Assembly: GCA_963845565.1 (NCBI GenBank)
Contig: CAWJSJ010000002.1
Coordinates: 320,001-384,000, forward strand
DNA from: an uncultured Methylomirabilota bacterium
GTDB lineage: Bacteria > Methylomirabilota > Methylomirabilia > Methylomirabilales > 2-02-FULL-66-22
DNA length: 64,000 nucleotides
Direction of reading: 5' to 3'
This document shows, piece after piece, positions 61,813 through 64,000 of this stretch; the stretch's first letter is position 1; each line of letters begins with the position of its first letter. The position numbers were made by a program, and so were the translations under genes. A model generated the notes under the pieces. The model was not told the DNA's origin. It saw nothing but the letters and a program-made list of their open reading frames with translations, and searched no databases.

Positions 61813-64000
61813 ATGGGAATTCGTGGACTTCGGAACGGGGCGATCGTCACCTTCTTCGTCAGCATGGCCATCCTCCTCGTGGGGGGCTACTTCGCCGTGG
61901 ACAAGGTGCCCCCTGTCCCCGCCAAGGTCGTCAGCGGTCAAACGGCGGTGACCGATCAGGCGACCATCATGCGCGGCCAGGACACATACCAGCGGTACGG
62001 TCTGATGGACCACGGCAGCGTCTGGGGCCATGGCTCGCTTCGCGGGATGGACTTCGCGGCCCACACCCTTCACATGGTCGGTCAGCATATGCGGGATTTC
62101 ACGGCAGCCGGCGGGCAGCCTCAGGCTGGCGCATATGCGGGTTTGCCCGACGCCAAGAAGCGGGAGACGGACGCGACCGTCATCCATGAGATGCGGACCA
62201 ACCGGTACAGCGACGGCTCCAAGACCCTGGAACTTACCCCCGCCCAGGCTTATGGCCTGGAGCAAATCCGCGCGTACTGGGAAAAGGAGTTCGCCCAGGG
62301 CGACACCCATTACGGCTTCCTTCCGAACACGGTGCCCACCGCCCAGGAGCGGAAGGACATCGCCGATTTCTTCTTCTGGACGGCCTGGGCGGCCGGCACG
62401 CCGCGGCCCGGCCTGAGCTACACGCTACACGAACAACTGGCCGCCGGACCGCTCCGTGGGCAACACCGCCTCCACCGAGGCGCTCGCTCTGGAGCATCGG
62501 CGTCGATCCTCGCCCTGCTCGCGGTGCTGGGCATCGTGGTCTACGTCGTCCACCGCTACGGCTTCTTCTACGGCGAGGCCAAGGCCGTCGAGGCGGCGTA
62601 CAGGCTGCTGGAGGCGCCGGTCACGCCCAGCCAGCGGTCAGCGCAAAGTTCTTCCTGGTGGCCGGGCTGCTGTTCCTCGTGCAGATCTTCAACGGCGGCC
62701 TGCTGGCCCACTACACCGTGCATCCCGGGCACCTTCTACATCAAGTTCATCGGCGAGATCTATCCGTACAGCTGGGCCAAGACCTGGCACCTGCAGTTGG
62801 CGATTCTCTGGATCGCCGTGTCGTGGATGGGCACGGCCATCTACCTGGCCCCGCTGGTCGCCGGCCGCGAGCCGAAGGGGCAGCGGCTGCTGGTGAACAT
62901 CCTCTTCGTCGCGGCGGTCGCGGTCACCGTCGGGCAGCCTGCTGGGCGAGGTGCTGGGCATCAAGGGCTACCTGGGCGACGCCTGGTTCTGGCTGGGCCA
63001 TCAGGGCTGGGAGTATCTGGAGCTGGGCCGGCTCTGGCAGATCCTGCTGTTCGGCGGGCTGATCTTCTGGCTGGTGGTGGTCTATCGCGCTATCGGGCCC
63101 GTGCTGAAGGTCGGCGCCGGCGAAACCGAGGAGGCCGCCGATCGGCGGGCGCTCGTCACGTTCTACGTCTTCAGCGCCATCTTCGTCGTCGCTTTCTTCG
63201 GCTTCGGCCTGTTCTACGGCCGCGGCACGCACCTGACCATCGCCGACTACTGGCGCTGGTTCGTGGTGCACATCTGGGTGGAGAGCATCTTCGAGTTCTT
63301 CGGCGTGGCCGTGATCTCGCTGTTCCTGGTGACGCTGGGGCTGGTGACGGCCAAGTCGGCGCTTGCGCGTGGCGTACCTCACGGCCATCCTGGTCTTCAT
63401 CAGCGGCATCCCGGGCACGGCGCACCACTACTTCTGGTACGGCGGCCCGAGCTTCTGGCTGGCCATCGGCGGCGTGTTCAGCTCGCTGGAGCCGATCCCG
63501 CTGATCCTGCTGGTGGTGCGGGCGTGGATGGAGTACCGGTCGATCCGCGCCGAGGGGCAGGAGTTCCCCTACCGCTGGCCGCTGTACTTCCTGATCGCCA
63601 GCAGCGTGTGGAACTTCGTCGGGGCCGGCGATGTTCGGCTTCCTCATCAACCTGCCGATCATCAACTACTACGAGCACGCCACGTACCTGACCAGCAACC
63701 ACGGCCACACGGCCCTGTTCGGCGTGTACGGGATGCTGGCCATCGCGCTGATCCTCTTCTCGTGGCGCGGCCTGGTGCGAGAACCGGTACTGGAACGACG
63801 CGTCTGCTGAAGCTCAGCTTCTGGGGCCTGAACGGCGGGCTGTTCCTGATGTTCCTCACCGGCCTGCTTGCCGATCGGCCTGCTGCCAGGTCTGGTACAG
63901 CTACGACGATGGGCTTCTGGTTCGCCCGCAGCGCCGCATTCTACGAGCTGCCCGTGATCCAGGCCCTGGGCACGTGGCGGATCGTGCCCGACACGATCAT
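61813..64000 (+). CDS. norB: Quinol-dependent nitric-oxide reductase (qNor), runs off the window; many apparent frameshifts
   Basis: GSVWGHG, FFFWTAW, KTWHLQL, GHQGWEYLELGRLWQ, WRWFVVHIWVE..FE, GTAHHYFW, INYYEH..HGHTALFGVYG. Confidence 0.92.

Noticed and set aside
61813..64000. Possible NO dismutase (Nod) of NC10 bacteria
   Set aside because: The active-site motifs are canonical qNor: HIWVE..FE and GTAHH retain both His ligands, whereas Nod sequences have His-to-Asn at that position.

Overview
High-GC bacterial chromosomal segment. The many Tat-signal ABC binding proteins and the repeat families would fit a Methylomirabilota/NC10-Rokubacteria-like or Deltaproteobacteria-like organism, but that is a weak inference. 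Many genes carry single-base frameshifts, densest at 1-5.7 kb and 62.4-64 kb; these look like long-read consensus indels, so coordinates of those genes are approximate. Contents in order: a copper cluster (cusA, cusB-YHS, Tat multicopper oxidase) downstream of a NarX/NarL-like two-component system and a stand-alone atypical receiver; vapBC; CitE/CoA-transferase genes; two convergent peptide-type ABC systems without ATPases, flanked by amide hydrolases; Hsp70-like gene; uxuA; cydAB; AlaX; a Liv-type ABC operon; a Phd/RelE toxin-antitoxin pair; HU; catabolic enzymes; Rrf2 plus qNor. The most notable non-obvious structure is a RAYT-like HUH/Y1 transposase enclosed by perfect 22-bp terminal inverted repeats (6686-7761), and a separate 152-bp element with related GGGGAC ends that still carries a decayed Y1-transposase 5' end (49505-49656). 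Also seen: a 120-bp duplicated gene 3' end bracketing a 4.6-kb islet, a three-copy MITE near stop codons, a GTAG-tagged REP-like hairpin, intergenic 7-mer arrays and an orphan FlgM-like ORF. No rRNA, tRNA or CRISPR array was recognised.
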